Shown in pieces: positions 1 through 11,641 of a DNA stretch of 64,000 nucleotides (positions within the stretch are counted from its first letter, which is position 1; each line of letters starts with the position of its first letter). Source of the stretch: Pirellulales bacterium (lineage in GTDB: Bacteria; Planctomycetota; Planctomycetia; Pirellulales; PALSA-1355); NCBI GenBank assembly GCA_963733035.1, contig CAVTBU010000007.1:608001-672000 (forward strand). Direction: 5' to 3'. A program made the position numbers and the translations under genes. Under the pieces are notes generated by a model, which did not search any database, was not told the DNA's origin, and worked only from the letters and a program-made list of their open reading frames with translations.

Positions 1-1356
1 ATGCGGCTGCGACGGCACGATTCGCCATCAGGCGCGAGCCAGAACGACGTCTGGTCGATGCCGTCCACGTAGCGATCGGCCGGCAGAAACTTGCTCACCT
101 CGGCGCCCGGGGCGCCGCCAATTGCGGCGAAGGTATTGAACAGATCGGCCAGATCGAAAAGCCCGTCACTCTTGCGAGGTTCGATCACACCCTTCCAATA
201 GACGAACGTTGGTACGCGCACACCCCCTTCCCAACTCGATCCCTTTGCGCCCCGGAACGGCGTGCGGCCGTGCGGAGGAACTTCCTGCTCGGGGCCGTTG
301 TCGCTGGTGAAGAACACAATGGTGTTGTCCAGTTGTCCGGTCTCTTCGAGCGACTTGACCAGTCGGCCGACAATGTCGTCGATTTCCACCATCCCGTCGC
401 TAAATACTGTTCGCGCCGGCGATTTGCCGGCATATTCGTCGTTCGGATAGTTATCGAAATGACACGCCCGAGTGCAGTGGTAGAGGAACCAGGGTTGCTC
501 GTCCTTCGCGCGGTCGCGGATGAACTTCTCGCTATATGCGGTCCAGTCTTGATCGAGATCCTTGATCTTGTTCAGGTCGATCAGATACGTGTTTTCAAGC
601 CCCTTCTCGGGAGTGCAGTGCACGTTGTAGTGATTGAAATCGAGCTTTTCGAGCATCTTGAACCGCGACGGGCTGAGGGCGACTTCCGGATTAAAGTAGA
701 TGTCGCGCCATTCGGTGTACATGTCGGAGACGCCGAGGAAACCGTAGAAATCATCGAAGCCGACGTTCTGCGGCTGTGATCCGTCGTTCTCGCCCATGTG
801 CCACTTGCCGACTCCCTGCGTGCGGTAGCCCAACTTCTTGAGCACCGATGCCAGCGTGACGGCGCCGTCGAGGCCGCCCTTTTCCCCATACATCGGCGGA
901 CGCAGCAGCCCATGGTGCAGCGGATTTTGCCCCGTCATGATCGTAGCTCGGGTGGGGGTGCAGGAAGGCGTCGAGTACGCGCTTGTCAGTATCAGGCCCG
1001 CGTGGGCCAACCGGTCGATGTTCGGCGTGGGATTCCCTACGGCAGGCCCGCCGCCATTGAATCCGGGGTCCATCCAACCGACGTCGTCGAGCAGCACGAT
1101 CAATATGTTGGGCTTCTTGCCGAACTTTTTGGCCGTGGCCTGTAGACGCTCTTTGGCCGCCTTCGCCTGCTTTGGGTGCTCCATCACCGGTTCCATGTTG
1201 TCGGCGATTTGCTTGGCTGGCAGGGCGATGAATTGATTCGGATGGTCGTACCCCTTGGCCGTCGTGGGACCGGTCGAGGCCCCACGAATGTTCTGCGCAA
1301 CACCACACTGGCAAACCGAGCGTCAGCGCCAGCACAACAAACGTGCGAACCTTCAT
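1..1356 (-). CDS. Arylsulfatase (AslA-like, formylglycine-dependent); 3' end runs off the window; apparent frameshift near 1300 between signal peptide and mature part
   Basis: Manual minus-strand translation gives [14 protein letters not shown], the sulfatase motif SCTPTR (CxPxR), GKWHMG, FTSDNGP and WEGGVRVP. The signal-peptide start [11 protein letters not shown] (ATG at 1356) is in a different frame. Confidence 0.9.
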
Positions 1357-1626
1357 GACCCACCCCCGTTGGAAAAAGGAGACCTTCCGAAACTGCTCTA
1401 GTCGCCCAGGCGCGCACGACCGGCGCAAGTCTCTTAGCATATGTGGGGAGTCGCGGCAAATTTTTCTGTGCAAACGCGGGCGAATTCTATCGCGATGCGA
1501 CATCCGCCAGAGCTGCCCGCATCGGCGCCGATCTCGGGCGAACCGAGAACTCGGCGAGTGACCCCGTCATTCGCAATTCGTGGCACCCGCCAGAATGCGA
1601 GTCCGTCGCCGATGATTGTCGAAATC

Positions 1627-2016
1627 CTATTGCTCGTGGTCTGGCACGTCGAATAACCGACGATCTATTTCATCTCGAATGCCATAGAACTGATCAAAGT
1701 TTGGGAGGTGAGTTCCCTGACGATCGTGCAGCTGCAGAGCGAAACCAAGATGCTCCATCTGCAGACGGAATTCAGGAGTCTTTGCGTAGGCGCTGAATTG
1801 GGCGGCCCACCGCAGGTAGTCTTCAAGCAAGGTTAACTCAGCAGTCGAAAGGGTCTGAAGATCGAGTTTGTCGAGTGGATACTCTGCCAGTTCGACACCG
1901 TTAACCTCCACCCGGCACTCGCCGCGGCCACTTTCGAATTCCGCCCGTCCTGCCGCGATTAGTTCGCGCAAGCGGGCAAGTAATCGTTCGCGATTGACTT
2001 CGCTCGTATCACTCAT
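1627..2016 (-). CDS. Hypothetical protein, 129 aa
   Basis: ATG ORF with natural helical composition, 39 bp downstream of queF on the same strand. Confidence 0.65.
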   Translation of the reverse strand: MSDTSEVNRERLLARLRELIAAGRAEFESGRGECRVEVNGVELAEYPLDKLDLQTLSTAELTLLEDYLRWAAQFSAYAKTPEFRLQMEHLGFALQLHDRQGTHLPNFDQFYGIRDEIDRRLFDVPDHEQ

Positions 2017-2055
2017 ATCGGTATTCTGTCACATCGTGACGCCGTTGTGGACATT

Positions 2056-2418
2056 CTACTTCCGCCCCTTCTCATGCGTCGCTGTCACGTTCGTTGTGAT
2101 GCCGCCGCGGGGGGTGAAGGCGGCGACGAGAGTCATCCGCCGTGGATCAAGCACGGCGACCAGGTCATCGAGGATTCGGTTGGTGACGTTTTCGTAGAAG
2201 ATGCCCTCGTTACGGAATCTTTGCAGGTACAGCTTCAGGCTCTTCAGCTCCACGCAGAGTTCATCTGGCGTGTAGGTAAATGTCAACACTCCGAAGTCTG
2301 GCTGGCCTGTCTTGGGGCAGACGCTGGTGAACTCCGGGCAGCGAATTTCAATCGTGTAGTCCCGCTGCGGGAACTGGTTGGGAAATGTTTCGAGGATTTT
2401 TCTAAAATCGTCGGCCAT
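2056..2418 (-). CDS. queF: preQ0 (7-cyano-7-deazaguanine) reductase, type I
   Basis: [24 protein letters not shown] and PRGGI motifs; start MADDFRK at 2418. Confidence 0.96.
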   Translation of the reverse strand: MADDFRKILETFPNQFPQRDYTIEIRCPEFTSVCPKTGQPDFGVLTFTYTPDELCVELKSLKLYLQRFRNEGIFYENVTNRILDDLVAVLDPRRMTLVAAFTPRGGITTNVTATHEKGRK

Positions 2419-2498
2419 GGGCAGTCCTTTCGTGGATCGGCTACATTTGCCATCATAGAATGATACAGGCCCCATTGTCAGGCTACCTGCCCCCACAC

Positions 2499-3188
2499 AT
2501 GTCTACTCCAGCGGTCATTTTACTGTCCGGCGGTCTCGATTCAGCCACGTGCGGAGCGATTGCGCGGCGGGAGGGATTTCAGCTGCTCGCCATATCATTC
2601 GATTACGGACAGCGGCATCGCGCGGAACTCGAAGCTGCACATCGGGTGGCAGAACACTTGGGAGTTCTGCGTCATGTGACGGTCCCGATCGACCTGCGCC
2701 AATTTGGCGGCAGTGCGCTGACCTCCGACATCGACGTTCCCTTGGACCGCCCGCCGGAGGACATGGGGGTAGGGATTCCGATTACGTACGTGCCGGCACG
2801 AAACACGGTGTTTCTTTCGCTGGCCTTGGCCTACGCCGAAGTGCAAGGGGCGGCCGATCTGTTCATTGGCGTCAATGCCGTCGACTACAGCGGCTATCCC
2901 GACTGCCGTCCCGAGTACGTCGCCGCATTTGAGCAGATGGCGAACCTGGCAACCAAAGCATCGGTTGAGGGGGCGCTTCGCTACCAGATTCATACGCCTC
3001 TGGTCGATCTGACGAAAGCGGAGATCATTCGTGGCGGCACGGAACTGGGAGTCGACTACGGCCTGACACGCAGTTGTTACAACCTGGACTCGGCCGGAAC
3101 CTCGTGCGGCCACTGCGATTCGTGCCTGCTGCGGCTTAGAGGCTTTGCCGAGGCGGGACTTACCGATCCGGCCCCATACCGCGCATGA
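2499..3188 (+). CDS. queC: 7-cyano-7-deazaguanine synthase
   Basis: [10 protein letters not shown]-loop, DYGQRH, TYVPARN, YPDCR and SC...CGHCDSC zinc ligands. Confidence 0.97.
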   Translation: MSTPAVILLSGGLDSATCGAIARREGFQLLAISFDYGQRHRAELEAAHRVAEHLGVLRHVTVPIDLRQFGGSALTSDIDVPLDRPPEDMGVGIPITYVPARNTVFLSLALAYAEVQGAADLFIGVNAVDYSGYPDCRPEYVAAFEQMANLATKASVEGALRYQIHTPLVDLTKAEIIRGGTELGVDYGLTRSCYNLDSAGTSCGHCDSCLLRLRGFAEAGLTDPAPYRA

Positions 3189-3872
3189 AGATTGCCGAGA
3201 TCTACCGGAGTTTGCAAGGCGAAGGCTTCCTGACGGGTGTCGAAAGCGTCTTTGTGCGCGCACAGCGGCTGCAACCTCCGTTGTTGGTATTGCGACACGC
3301 CGTATGCGTCGTGGCAGCCCGAAGGCGAGGATCTGGCAGTCCACGAGATTCTTGCTCGTGTTGAGGCCTTGGGGGCTCGGCACGTCGTGCTTACGGGGGG
3401 CGAACCAATGTTGTTTGCCGAATTGCTACCACTCTGCACCGCCATGCATGAGCGGGGTTTGCACGTCACGATCGAGACTGCCGGCACACTTTACTTGCCG
3501 GTCGAGTGCCAGCTGATGTCGCTGAGTCCGAAACTTGCCAGTTCGACGCCCGACCGTCAGCAATCAATTCGCTGGAGCGAGCGGCACGAGCTGGCGCGGC
3601 ATGCGCCGGACGTAATTCGCCGACTTGTTGCCGAGTACACTTACCAGTTCAAGTTCGTGGTCGACGAACCGGCCGACTGCATCGAAGTGGAACGTTATCT
3701 TGAAGCGTTCCCCGAGATTGAATGGAACCGCGTGATGTTGATGCCGCAAGGCACCAACACCGAAGCGTTGGCCCGTCAGGCCGAATGGCTCGAGCCGTAC
3801 TGCCGAGAGCGATGCCTGCACTTCTGCCGGCGAAAGCACATCGAATGGTTTGGGTTGGTGCGCGGAACGTAG
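3185..3872 (+). CDS. queE: 7-carboxy-7-deazaguanine synthase (radical SAM); apparent extra base near 3262
   Basis: The ATG overlapping the queC stop gives [17 protein letters not shown]; the next frame gives [12 protein letters not shown] (CxxxCxxC), LTGGEP and IETAGT. Confidence 0.93.
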
Positions 3873-3948
3873 TTCTGGCGGCCGCGATGGAAGCGCGACC
3901 CACTCAGGAAAGAACAAATCACGCTGCCACGCATATTGAGAGTCCGGC

Positions 3949-4902
3949 CTAGCCCTTGCTGGCCATTCCGGCGGACCGAAGGCCGCGAAGGATGCAATCT
4001 TGAGTGGCGGCTACATCGACCTTCGTGGCCACGGCCAGGTTCGTGCGCCATTCGCGATTCCGCCGGCGATCGAACACCGTGGCGCCGCGTGTCAGCTCAC
4101 CGCTCAGCTCCACGTCGCCCGCGACAAGTTCGATCTCGAATAGCTCGGGATGGAGAGCGGCAATCAAGGCCACCGCATCGTTCAGGCAGATGCTTTCATA
4201 GCCCAACTCTTGTCGGTAAGAGCGAAATAGGTGCGGCAGGATCTTCGAAAGAAATCGCCCGACTCGACTGTTGCCATCGGGCAGATTCTCCAATAGGTCA
4301 TAGCCGAAGGTAACCTGGCGCGTGATGTCGATCGGAACCAGTGTCATCGTCGCAGCCGCTGATCGAAATACGGCGCGGGCCGACTCGGGATCGCAATAAA
4401 TGTTGAAATCGGCGGCAGGCGTCACATTGCCCACGCCGTCGAGCGTCCCCCCCATCATAACGATTTGCCCCACAATTTCAGGCAAGGCGGGATCGCGGGC
4501 AAACGCCCGGGCGACGTTCGTCAGCGGGCCCAAGGCGACAATCGTGATTTCGCCTGGAGCCGCGCGGACCTCCTCGTGAATCACCTTCTCGGCCGCATGG
4601 CGGTGCTGCAACTCGGAAACCTGGAAATTGGCATTTCCCAGTCCGTCGGGCCCGTGCAACTGGATATTCCGCGACGGGAGGCCCAGGTCTGGGTCGGAAG
4701 CTTCACCGATACGCGGCCAACGGGGAGGATCGAGTTGCTCGATGATCGCCTGGACATTTCGGGTGGCTTGTTCCGGCTGGACATTTCCAGCAACTGCCGT
4801 CACGGCCACAACTTCGAGTTGTGGATCGAAAAGCGCCAAGCTTAGGGCCACGGCATCATCGATGCCAGGATCGACGTCGAACAGTATCTTTTTCGTGAGC
4901 AT
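3949..4902 (-). CDS. Nucleoside hydrolase (IU-NH family)
   Basis: DVDPGIDDA aspartate cluster, HGPDGLG, LGPLTN, MGG and FNIYCDPE. Confidence 0.93.
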   Translation of the reverse strand: MLTKKILFDVDPGIDDAVALSLALFDPQLEVVAVTAVAGNVQPEQATRNVQAIIEQLDPPRWPRIGEASDPDLGLPSRNIQLHGPDGLGNANFQVSELQHRHAAEKVIHEEVRAAPGEITIVALGPLTNVARAFARDPALPEIVGQIVMMGGTLDGVGNVTPAADFNIYCDPESARAVFRSAAATMTLVPIDITRQVTFGYDLLENLPDGNSRVGRFLSKILPHLFRSYRQELGYESICLNDAVALIAALHPELFEIELVAGDVELSGELTRGATVFDRRRNREWRTNLAVATKVDVAATQDCILRGLRSAGMASKG

Positions 4903-5115
4903 GGAACCAGGTTGTGGCACGGGATTTGGCAAACTGGGCAGTCCGCCAGCGCGGGGATTGTATGGGGAGCCGGAAAATGAAACAAGAGTACTCGCCAAGT
5001 GAACCAGATATGTGGCGGCGCCCCTCCCGCAGTGTTCGCGGTTGATATCGGCAGTTAAAATCGATCAGACGGCCGCGCTTGGACCGTTGTTTTCATATAG
5101 ATGAGGTGATTCGGA

Positions 5116-6127
5116 GTGATCGAGGCAACCATTGGCCGTGTAGCGGCCGGCGAAGACCTGTCGATGGAGGAAATGGCCGCCACGATCGATGCCGTGGTTG
5201 CGGGCCGCTGCTCGAGCGGCGAAATGGGCATTTTGCTGACCGCGCTGCATGCAAAAGGAGAAACCAGTCAGGAAATCGCGGGCGCCGCGCTGGCATTGCG
5301 GCGGCATATGACTCCGATTCGGTCTGATCGGGACGTCATTGTTGATACCTGTGGAACCGGTGGCGATGCTTCAGGGACGTTCAATATCAGTACCGCAGCT
5401 GCACTGATCGTCGCTGCCGCCGGGGTGCCAGTCGCCAAACATGGCAATCGGGCAGTGACAAGCCGCACGGGTTCGGCCGACGCACTGGCGGCCCTGGGCG
5501 TGAACGTATCGGCCAGCGTCAAGCAGGTGGAACGCTGTCTTGACGAGCTCGGCATTTGTTTTTGCTTTGCCCCGCTGATGCACCCCTCCATGAAACAGGT
5601 TGCGGAAGTGCGTAGGCAATTGGGATTTCCGACGATTTTCAACCTGCTGGGCCCGCTTGCGAACCCCGCGCGTGCTCCGTTTCAGGTCGTCGGCGTCGGG
5701 CGGAGCGAACTTCGACCACTTGTCGCCCAAGCGCTCAAGTTGTTGGGTACTCGACGGACGCTTGTCGTGCACGGCGAAGATGGCCTCGACGAGGTGACCT
5801 TGGCGGGTCCCACTCGTGTCACTGAAGTCACTGCGGACGGACTGCGTAGCTTCAGTTGGACGCCCAGTGACTTTGGCCTTTCGCTGACCAGCCTCGTATC
5901 GCTGCAGGTTAGCGGACCCGAGGAAAGCGCCCGCGTGATCCGCGAAATTCTGGCCGATAGGCCGGGGCCGGCCCGCGATATTGTGGTCATGAACGCGGCG
6001 GCCGCGCGTATGGACCGCCGGCAAGGCTGCCACTCCTGCCACGGCTGCCAAAATGGCGCAAGACGCAATTGAAACTGGCCGGGCCTTGAAGCTGTTGGAC
6101 AGATTGATTGCGCTAAGCAACGCATGA
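5116..6127 (+). CDS. trpD: Anthranilate phosphoribosyltransferase; apparent frameshift near 6008
   Basis: DTCGTGGD, FNIST, KHGNR and GLDE motifs. The C-terminal helix WTAGK...KLLDRLIALSNA* continues in another frame to TGA at 6125-6127. Confidence 0.95.
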
Positions 6128-6164
6128 GCAATTCAAGAAGGCGGCGTATTTCGTTAGCGAAGCA

Positions 6165-6959
6165 ATGAGTGACATCATTCCAAGCAACGTGCCGCAGTCC
6201 GCTCTCGAACCTCCAAAGCAACCCTGCCGATTGCTCCTTGAGGGTCCCGCCGGCGGCGCTTGGCAAATGGCCGTGGACGAGGTGCTCTTGGAGTCGGTGG
6301 CTGCGGGAGGGGCGGCGACGCTTCGCTTTTATCAATGGAGTGAACCAACCCTTTCTCTGGGGTACTTCCAGCCGTTTCTGGCCCGACGTCAGCATATTCC
6401 AAGTCGCGATTGTTCTGTCGTGCGACGACAAACCGGAGGCGGGGCCATCCTGCACGACCGCGAGTGGACCTATAGTTTGGTGCTGCCCGTCGCGCACCCT
6501 CTGGCTTCCGACGCCAAGCAACTCTATGACGCTGTTCACAATGCGCTTGCGATGACCTTGGAGGAGTCGAATGTCCGGGTTTCAGTTCTCCGTGAGCCAT
6601 CAGGACGGAGTGCTCGCGAGCAACCTTTTCTATGTTTCGAACGTCGCTCTCAGGGAGACGTTGTGTGTGGAGACACGAAGGTTTGTGGTAGCGCGCAACG
6701 ACGGCGCCGCGGGGCTATCTTGCAGCATGGTTCACTGCTCATGGCACGTAGTCCACACGCGCCGGAACTACCCGGTATATTGGAATTGACGGGCAAGAAG
6801 CTCGAGCGTGAGCCGGTCGTCGAGACGTGGGTAAGGCACATTGCTGCCGGCCTGGGATTGGAGCTAGCGTCCGGCAAGCTGTCAGAGTTGGAATTGGATC
6901 GTGTGCGAACCTTAACGTTAGAAAAATACAGCGGATTCGGTTGGACCGAGCGGCGCTAG
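6165..6959 (+). CDS. Lipoate-protein ligase / octanoyltransferase family (LplA/LipM-like)
   Basis: MAVDE, LRFYQWSEPTLSLGYFQ, VRRQTGGGAILH, KVCGSAQ and LQHGS. Confidence 0.9.
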   Translation: MSDIIPSNVPQSALEPPKQPCRLLLEGPAGGAWQMAVDEVLLESVAAGGAATLRFYQWSEPTLSLGYFQPFLARRQHIPSRDCSVVRRQTGGGAILHDREWTYSLVLPVAHPLASDAKQLYDAVHNALAMTLEESNVRVSVLREPSGRSAREQPFLCFERRSQGDVVCGDTKVCGSAQRRRRGAILQHGSLLMARSPHAPELPGILELTGKKLEREPVVETWVRHIAAGLGLELASGKLSELELDRVRTLTLEKYSGFGWTERR

Positions 6960-7236
6960 TGGCAGGCCGTGCCTGCTTGATTTGGCTGCCTTGGGCCGGT
7001 TTTATTACGGATAATCCACTTTGCAGAAAAGTTGGAATCTGATTGCTCTGGACCCGATTTATTGACATAATGCGTAAACAGGCATCATGCCGGTCGATCG
7101 CGTTCTGCGATACAGAGAAGGACCGGCAAAAGAGTTTCTCTCTATTCAGTTTGCGCCCTGAGGGCCACATATTGGTCTGCAATTTCCGCACTCGTTCCCG
7201 GTCGTAATTCGGTGCTCAGGCGGAGTTGGTCGAAAA

Positions 7237-7875
7237 ATGGATATGAAGTTAAAGGTGTTGGAGGGGAAGAACGCCGGTAAGGAAATCGCGGTCAAAACCA
7301 ACAAGTTTTTGATCGGTCGGGCGGAAGACTGCCACTTGCGCCCCGGCAGCGAATTGATCAGCCGGCACCATTGTGCAATTCTGGTCGAAGACGGCTACAT
7401 CGGCATCCGTGACTTCGGCAGCAAGAACGGCACGTTCGTCAACGAAGAACGAATTATTGGAGAGCGCGAACTCAAGGCTGGCGATCGCCTCACAATCGGA
7501 CAATTGCAGTTCGAAGTCCATGTCGCCCACAACATCGGCGCCAAAAAGCAGCCGCCGGTGGAAAACATCAAAGATGCAGTCAACCGCACGGCTACGAACG
7601 CTGCCAAGGATCCCTTCGATGTCTCCAATTGGCTCGAGGGTGAATCGACCGATGAAACGGCGACGCGCGAAACCCGCGACGCCGTCTTTACGGATACCGA
7701 CTCACTTAGCATAAGCGCAACACAGGTTGGTGACGAGGCGGCGGCTCCGCCAGAGGAAGAGGCCAAGGACTCCAAAGGCAAACGCCTTCCGGGTAAGCTC
7801 CCGCCTCGTCCGACGAGTAAAGACAGTCAGGACGCCGCTTCCGCCGTCCTGAGCGCACTTCGCAAGCGCAGATAA
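7237..7875 (+). CDS. FHA domain protein with acidic, probably disordered C-terminus
   Basis: IGR, SRHH and SKNGTFVN FHA motifs. Confidence 0.92.
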   Translation: MDMKLKVLEGKNAGKEIAVKTNKFLIGRAEDCHLRPGSELISRHHCAILVEDGYIGIRDFGSKNGTFVNEERIIGERELKAGDRLTIGQLQFEVHVAHNIGAKKQPPVENIKDAVNRTATNAAKDPFDVSNWLEGESTDETATRETRDAVFTDTDSLSISATQVGDEAAAPPEEEAKDSKGKRLPGKLPPRPTSKDSQDAASAVLSALRKRR

Positions 7876-8093
7876 GAACAAGCCGAGAGGTACCGTGCAA
7901 CACCGCAAGACGGCTGGTCTTGAGTGAATTGCTACCGGGTCTTTCTATTGCCAGCGATGGCGACCGAGTTACGGTCCGCTTGCTCTTCCGCCTGTAGGCG
8001 GTAATCTGTCGAATGCCCAGCCGCGTGGGTTGCCTTCACTAGCCGCGGGGGCACCACGGTTTTTCAGCCACAAGTTCGGGAGACCGCCAAATC

Positions 8094-8300
8094 ATGGCAA
8101 ATGACGATGACGCCCTGCGACGCAGGTATAAGGAATTTCTAGATTTGATGCCGTTGATGATCGCAATTGCCGGCCTGCCGGTCAGCGACGCACCATACAA
8201 TTTCTCGCCAGACCAGATGGAGGTCCGGGCAAACACGTTGCACACGGCCTTCAAGCTCGCCCGACAGCTCACACGTGACGCCGTCACGGGGCAGTCCTAA
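8094..8300 (+). CDS. Small hypothetical protein, 68 aa
   Basis: GGAG RBS, ATG start, natural helical composition. Confidence 0.7.
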   Translation: MANDDDALRRRYKEFLDLMPLMIAIAGLPVSDAPYNFSPDQMEVRANTLHTAFKLARQLTRDAVTGQS

Positions 8301-8635
8301 GAATAGTTCTAAAAAGAGTTTGGCAAGTTTGGGTACCGCCGCCAGGCTCCTACTGAAGCGTTCTTGCGAATGCGCGGCGACCGCCATATCTGCTATTTTC
8401 GGCATCCTTGGCACCCCCGGTTCTCCCACCGCCCAGCCGGCCCGCGTGGACTATCTTTGGATTGACTCGCGCTGACCTCGTTGGTCCGTGAGCATGCCGT
8501 CGCCTGCCGAGCATGTAGTCGTGTGGGCCCTGCCGGCCGGGTATTGAGTCCGTACCGGTTCGGGCGATATACTTCCGCAAGCATGGCGGCGCGGGGCTGG
8601 ATTCCAATTGTGTCTTCGCTTGGGAGCGTACGAGC

Positions 8636-8857
8636 ATGGCAACGGCTCAACAATCTTGCCGGGAGCAAATCGGGGAAACCGCCGGAATGGTTTGGCACTG
8701 TCTAAACGAGAATGGTCCGCGCACGCTGACACAACTTGCCAAGGACATTGACGCCCCGCGCGATGTCATCATGCAAGCGATCGGCTGGCTGGCCCGGGAA
8801 GACAAGATCGCCATCGAAGAAGAAGCTCGCAAGAAGCTCGTAGTGCTGCGAGCCTAA
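8636..8857 (+). CDS. Small winged-helix protein (DUF2582-like)
   Basis: IGETAGMVWHCL...AIGWLAREDKI pattern. Confidence 0.85.
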   Translation: MATAQQSCREQIGETAGMVWHCLNENGPRTLTQLAKDIDAPRDVIMQAIGWLAREDKIAIEEEARKKLVVLRA

Positions 8858-8913
8858 GCTTCAATTATCAACTGCTCATAGGAAGGTGGGGGCGGGATCG
8901 CGTCTTCGCCTCG

Positions 8914-11589
8914 CTACTTGGCCGTTGATTCGTAGAGCGGCAGGTGCCGATAGTAGACTTCCAGCGACAGCAAGTTCAGCGTCGTAACATAGATTCGCCC
9001 GGCGTGAGGACCCCAGCGATCGGGCACCGGACGGCGCGGGTCCCAACTGCCGGCCAGCGGCCCGGACTGCTGCTGCGTGTCAACAAGCAAGGGATGCAGG
9101 CGGCCGTTCCACTCGCTCCAGTACTTGCCACGCATATGAAACATGACCTGGGTGGCATAGTACCAATAGTACGTGTCGCGGGCCGGGCTACGAGAGGCGC
9201 CGTTCTCGGGAAGCCGACCGAGCAGGTATTCGGCCCCTTCGACCATGTGCGCGTCGTCACGGTCGAGCCCCGTGTACAGCCGCATTAGGAGACCGACAGC
9301 GGTCATTGCGGGTGTGGGCGATCGGCCGTGTCGCTGCTGAGGTGTGTCCGGTGCCGACGGATTGTAAACGTACCGCGAACCGACCACTTGCGCGCCATCC
9401 AGCCAGCGGCGAACTCGATCGTAAGCGTCCCGCGGCACCTCGAGCCCGGCAAGTTCGCCGCTCTTTAGGGCCATCAATTGCCAACCGCTGACCGACGTGT
9501 CGGAACCGTTGCCGGGTACGTAGCGCCACGCCCCGCGCCGTGGATCCTGCGCGGCGATGATGAAGTCGATTGCCTTTTGGGCTGGGGCCCGCAGCACCGG
9601 ATCACCTGTCATTCCATAGGCTTCACAGAGCGCAATCGTGGCAATACCGTGGCTATACAGCCATGCGCTACGATTGGATCGCTCATCTTCAGGACGATAG
9701 AGGTCGCCGTTGGCACGCTGGTGTTTGATCAAATCGTCTAGCGCCCGCTGCACGACGTCGGCGTAGGCACCCCCATAGTGATCATATCCGGCCCCCAAGA
9801 ACGACAGTAAGCCCAAGCCCGTGGCGGCCGTTTCGGCGCGGAATGTCGGCGGCGGTTCGGGAACGTCCGCAGCCGGACCGAATTGGAGACTCCAACTGCC
9901 GTCGGCGCGTTGGTGATTGGCCAGAAAGACGAGCCCTAGTTCGATGGCGGCTTCCGTGCGTTCGGCCATCCGCCCGCTAGGGCCGCCCGGGTTGCGACGT
10001 GCTCCTCCACGGCGCGCAAAAGCGTCGGTCGGCTCGCGCGAGCGGCCATCGATCGTTGGCGGACCACCGGTCCTGCGCGACAGCAAGCGGCCGGGAGTGA
10101 CGTCGACAAGCTGGCTCTCCTCGCTGGCACGTCGATTCGGGGTCCCCAGGTCCAGTACAGCTCGATCGCTCAATCCTCCCTGCTTGGTTGGGGCTGGTAA
10201 GGGCACAGGCAGCCTTGCGGTTCCCGTCGCCTGTGAGGGTTTGATCGCCGGCACCGAAGGCGCAGGACGGCTCAACTTAGGTAAATTCGGCGACACCGTG
10301 TCGCTTTCCTCCGTCTCTAGCTCGGCGAGCGACGGCAGTCGCAATACGGGGTTTGCCGGAATGTTGGTCATCGACTTGGCGAGCTGATTTGCCGGCGCGC
10401 CAGCGCGCGAGGATAGCGGCGAGGATTTACTAGTCGACTGCCTGTCGGATGACAGCTTGGGCGTCAACGAAGGATTTAGGGGTGCCGAGGGGCGCACCGC
10501 AACGCGAGTTTCAATCGAATCGCGCAAAGTGCCGACCTCGCGTGGTGCAGTGATTCCGGAACCTGCCCGCAGTGGGGCGGGAACCAGCGGTTGCGGCTCA
10601 TCGGTCGTTTTGTCGCTTCCGCTTTGCGCGCGCGGAACGTCAGCGATCTGTGCTGACCGAACTTGCGGAGCCTCCACGTGTCGCATCGTGAGCGGTCCGG
10701 GTAACGAAGGAACCTGCGGCCCGATGGACGGCTCGTCGAAGTGGCGCGGCGAATCGGCGACGTTTGGTGTTCGTTCCAGCGGCCTTGATGCGGGCAGTTC
10801 ATTGGACAGCGGCAGCTTTGGTTCTACCGGCTCTGTCACCACTGGCGTGGGTGTAGAGTTTGCTGCCGTGGGCCTATCGAGTTCCGCTGCCACGTCTAGT
10901 TCCGGTACCGCGACGGGTTCCGGCACATTCAGTTCTATCGTACTCGCTTCGGCGCGGCTGAGCTCAGCGCTTTCTGGGGCGAGCCGCGGGGCGGCCTCTT
11001 CGAGCTTCTTGAGCGGGATTAGCTGCGGCTGTACGTCAGGTGCTGTGCCCGACAATGGGCTGGGCTGACTTTCTAGCGGCATCTCGTCAAGTTTTTGCGA
11101 TGGCCGGCGGCTGAGCTCTTCCCGCGGTTCTTCTGGCGTCTCTGTCGTCACCGGTTTGTCAAATTCCTCGGTTGGCTCATCCGGAGCGCGAATGTGGTAG
11201 TCCGGAGCGCGGAACTCTTCGACAGGGGGTGTTCGCCGGGAATCCGGAACGCGGGCGTCCGCCAGCGCCGCGAGCCGATACTGATTGAGGGAAACGAACA
11301 ATAAGATATGCGCCAGCAGGCTGAGTACGGCAGCCAACTGCAGCCCGCGGCGAGATCGATCGAGTCGGCTGACACCCAGGATGAGCAACAGCGTGACCGC
11401 GATCAAGGTTCCGAGATAAGTCCAGCCGTTGGCCCACCAGCGTGGATCTTCGAAGCTAGCAACACGGTAAATCACGCCCGCACCCAATAGCGCGAGCACC
11501 AACAAGGCCGCAAGCACGGGCCACAGACGGTCGTCGAAAGTGACCGTCGGTCGGACGGTGGTATCGCGTTGATCAGGGGCAACGGACAT
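8914..11589 (-). CDS. Membrane-anchored protein: 3 TM helices, Pro-rich stalk, C-terminal prenyltransferase/squalene-oxidase-repeat alpha-barrel
   Basis: Third TM has SLLAH. About 430 aa are Pro/Glu/Ser-rich. QW-like repeats HQRADGSW, AQDPRRGAW and QQQSGPLAGSW. Confidence 0.85.
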   Translation of the reverse strand: MSVAPDQRDTTVRPTVTFDDRLWPVLAALLVLALLGAGVIYRVASFEDPRWWANGWTYLGTLIAVTLLLILGVSRLDRSRRGLQLAAVLSLLAHILLFVSLNQYRLAALADARVPDSRRTPPVEEFRAPDYHIRAPDEPTEEFDKPVTTETPEEPREELSRRPSQKLDEMPLESQPSPLSGTAPDVQPQLIPLKKLEEAAPRLAPESAELSRAEASTIELNVPEPVAVPELDVAAELDRPTAANSTPTPVVTEPVEPKLPLSNELPASRPLERTPNVADSPRHFDEPSIGPQVPSLPGPLTMRHVEAPQVRSAQIADVPRAQSGSDKTTDEPQPLVPAPLRAGSGITAPREVGTLRDSIETRVAVRPSAPLNPSLTPKLSSDRQSTSKSSPLSSRAGAPANQLAKSMTNIPANPVLRLPSLAELETEESDTVSPNLPKLSRPAPSVPAIKPSQATGTARLPVPLPAPTKQGGLSDRAVLDLGTPNRRASEESQLVDVTPGRLLSRRTGGPPTIDGRSREPTDAFARRGGARRNPGGPSGRMAERTEAAIELGLVFLANHQRADGSWSLQFGPAADVPEPPPTFRAETAATGLGLLSFLGAGYDHYGGAYADVVQRALDDLIKHQRANGDLYRPEDERSNRSAWLYSHGIATIALCEAYGMTGDPVLRAPAQKAIDFIIAAQDPRRGAWRYVPGNGSDTSVSGWQLMALKSGELAGLEVPRDAYDRVRRWLDGAQVVGSRYVYNPSAPDTPQQRHGRSPTPAMTAVGLLMRLYTGLDRDDAHMVEGAEYLLGRLPENGASRSPARDTYYWYYATQVMFHMRGKYWSEWNGRLHPLLVDTQQQSGPLAGSWDPRRPVPDRWGPHAGRIYVTTLNLLSLEVYYRHLPLYESTAK

Positions 11590-11641
11590 GAGTTGTGAAA
11601 GTCGTTGGTCGCGGCGATGTTCGTCCAGGCACGTCAGCCCA

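Noticed and set aside
2419..2498. preQ1 riboswitch between queF and queC
   Set aside because: The 80-bp divergent spacer has no preQ1-I stem-loop or A-rich tail.
8914..10000. Active squalene-hopene cyclase
   Set aside because: Only one barrel domain and no DxDD motif; it shares only the repeat fold.
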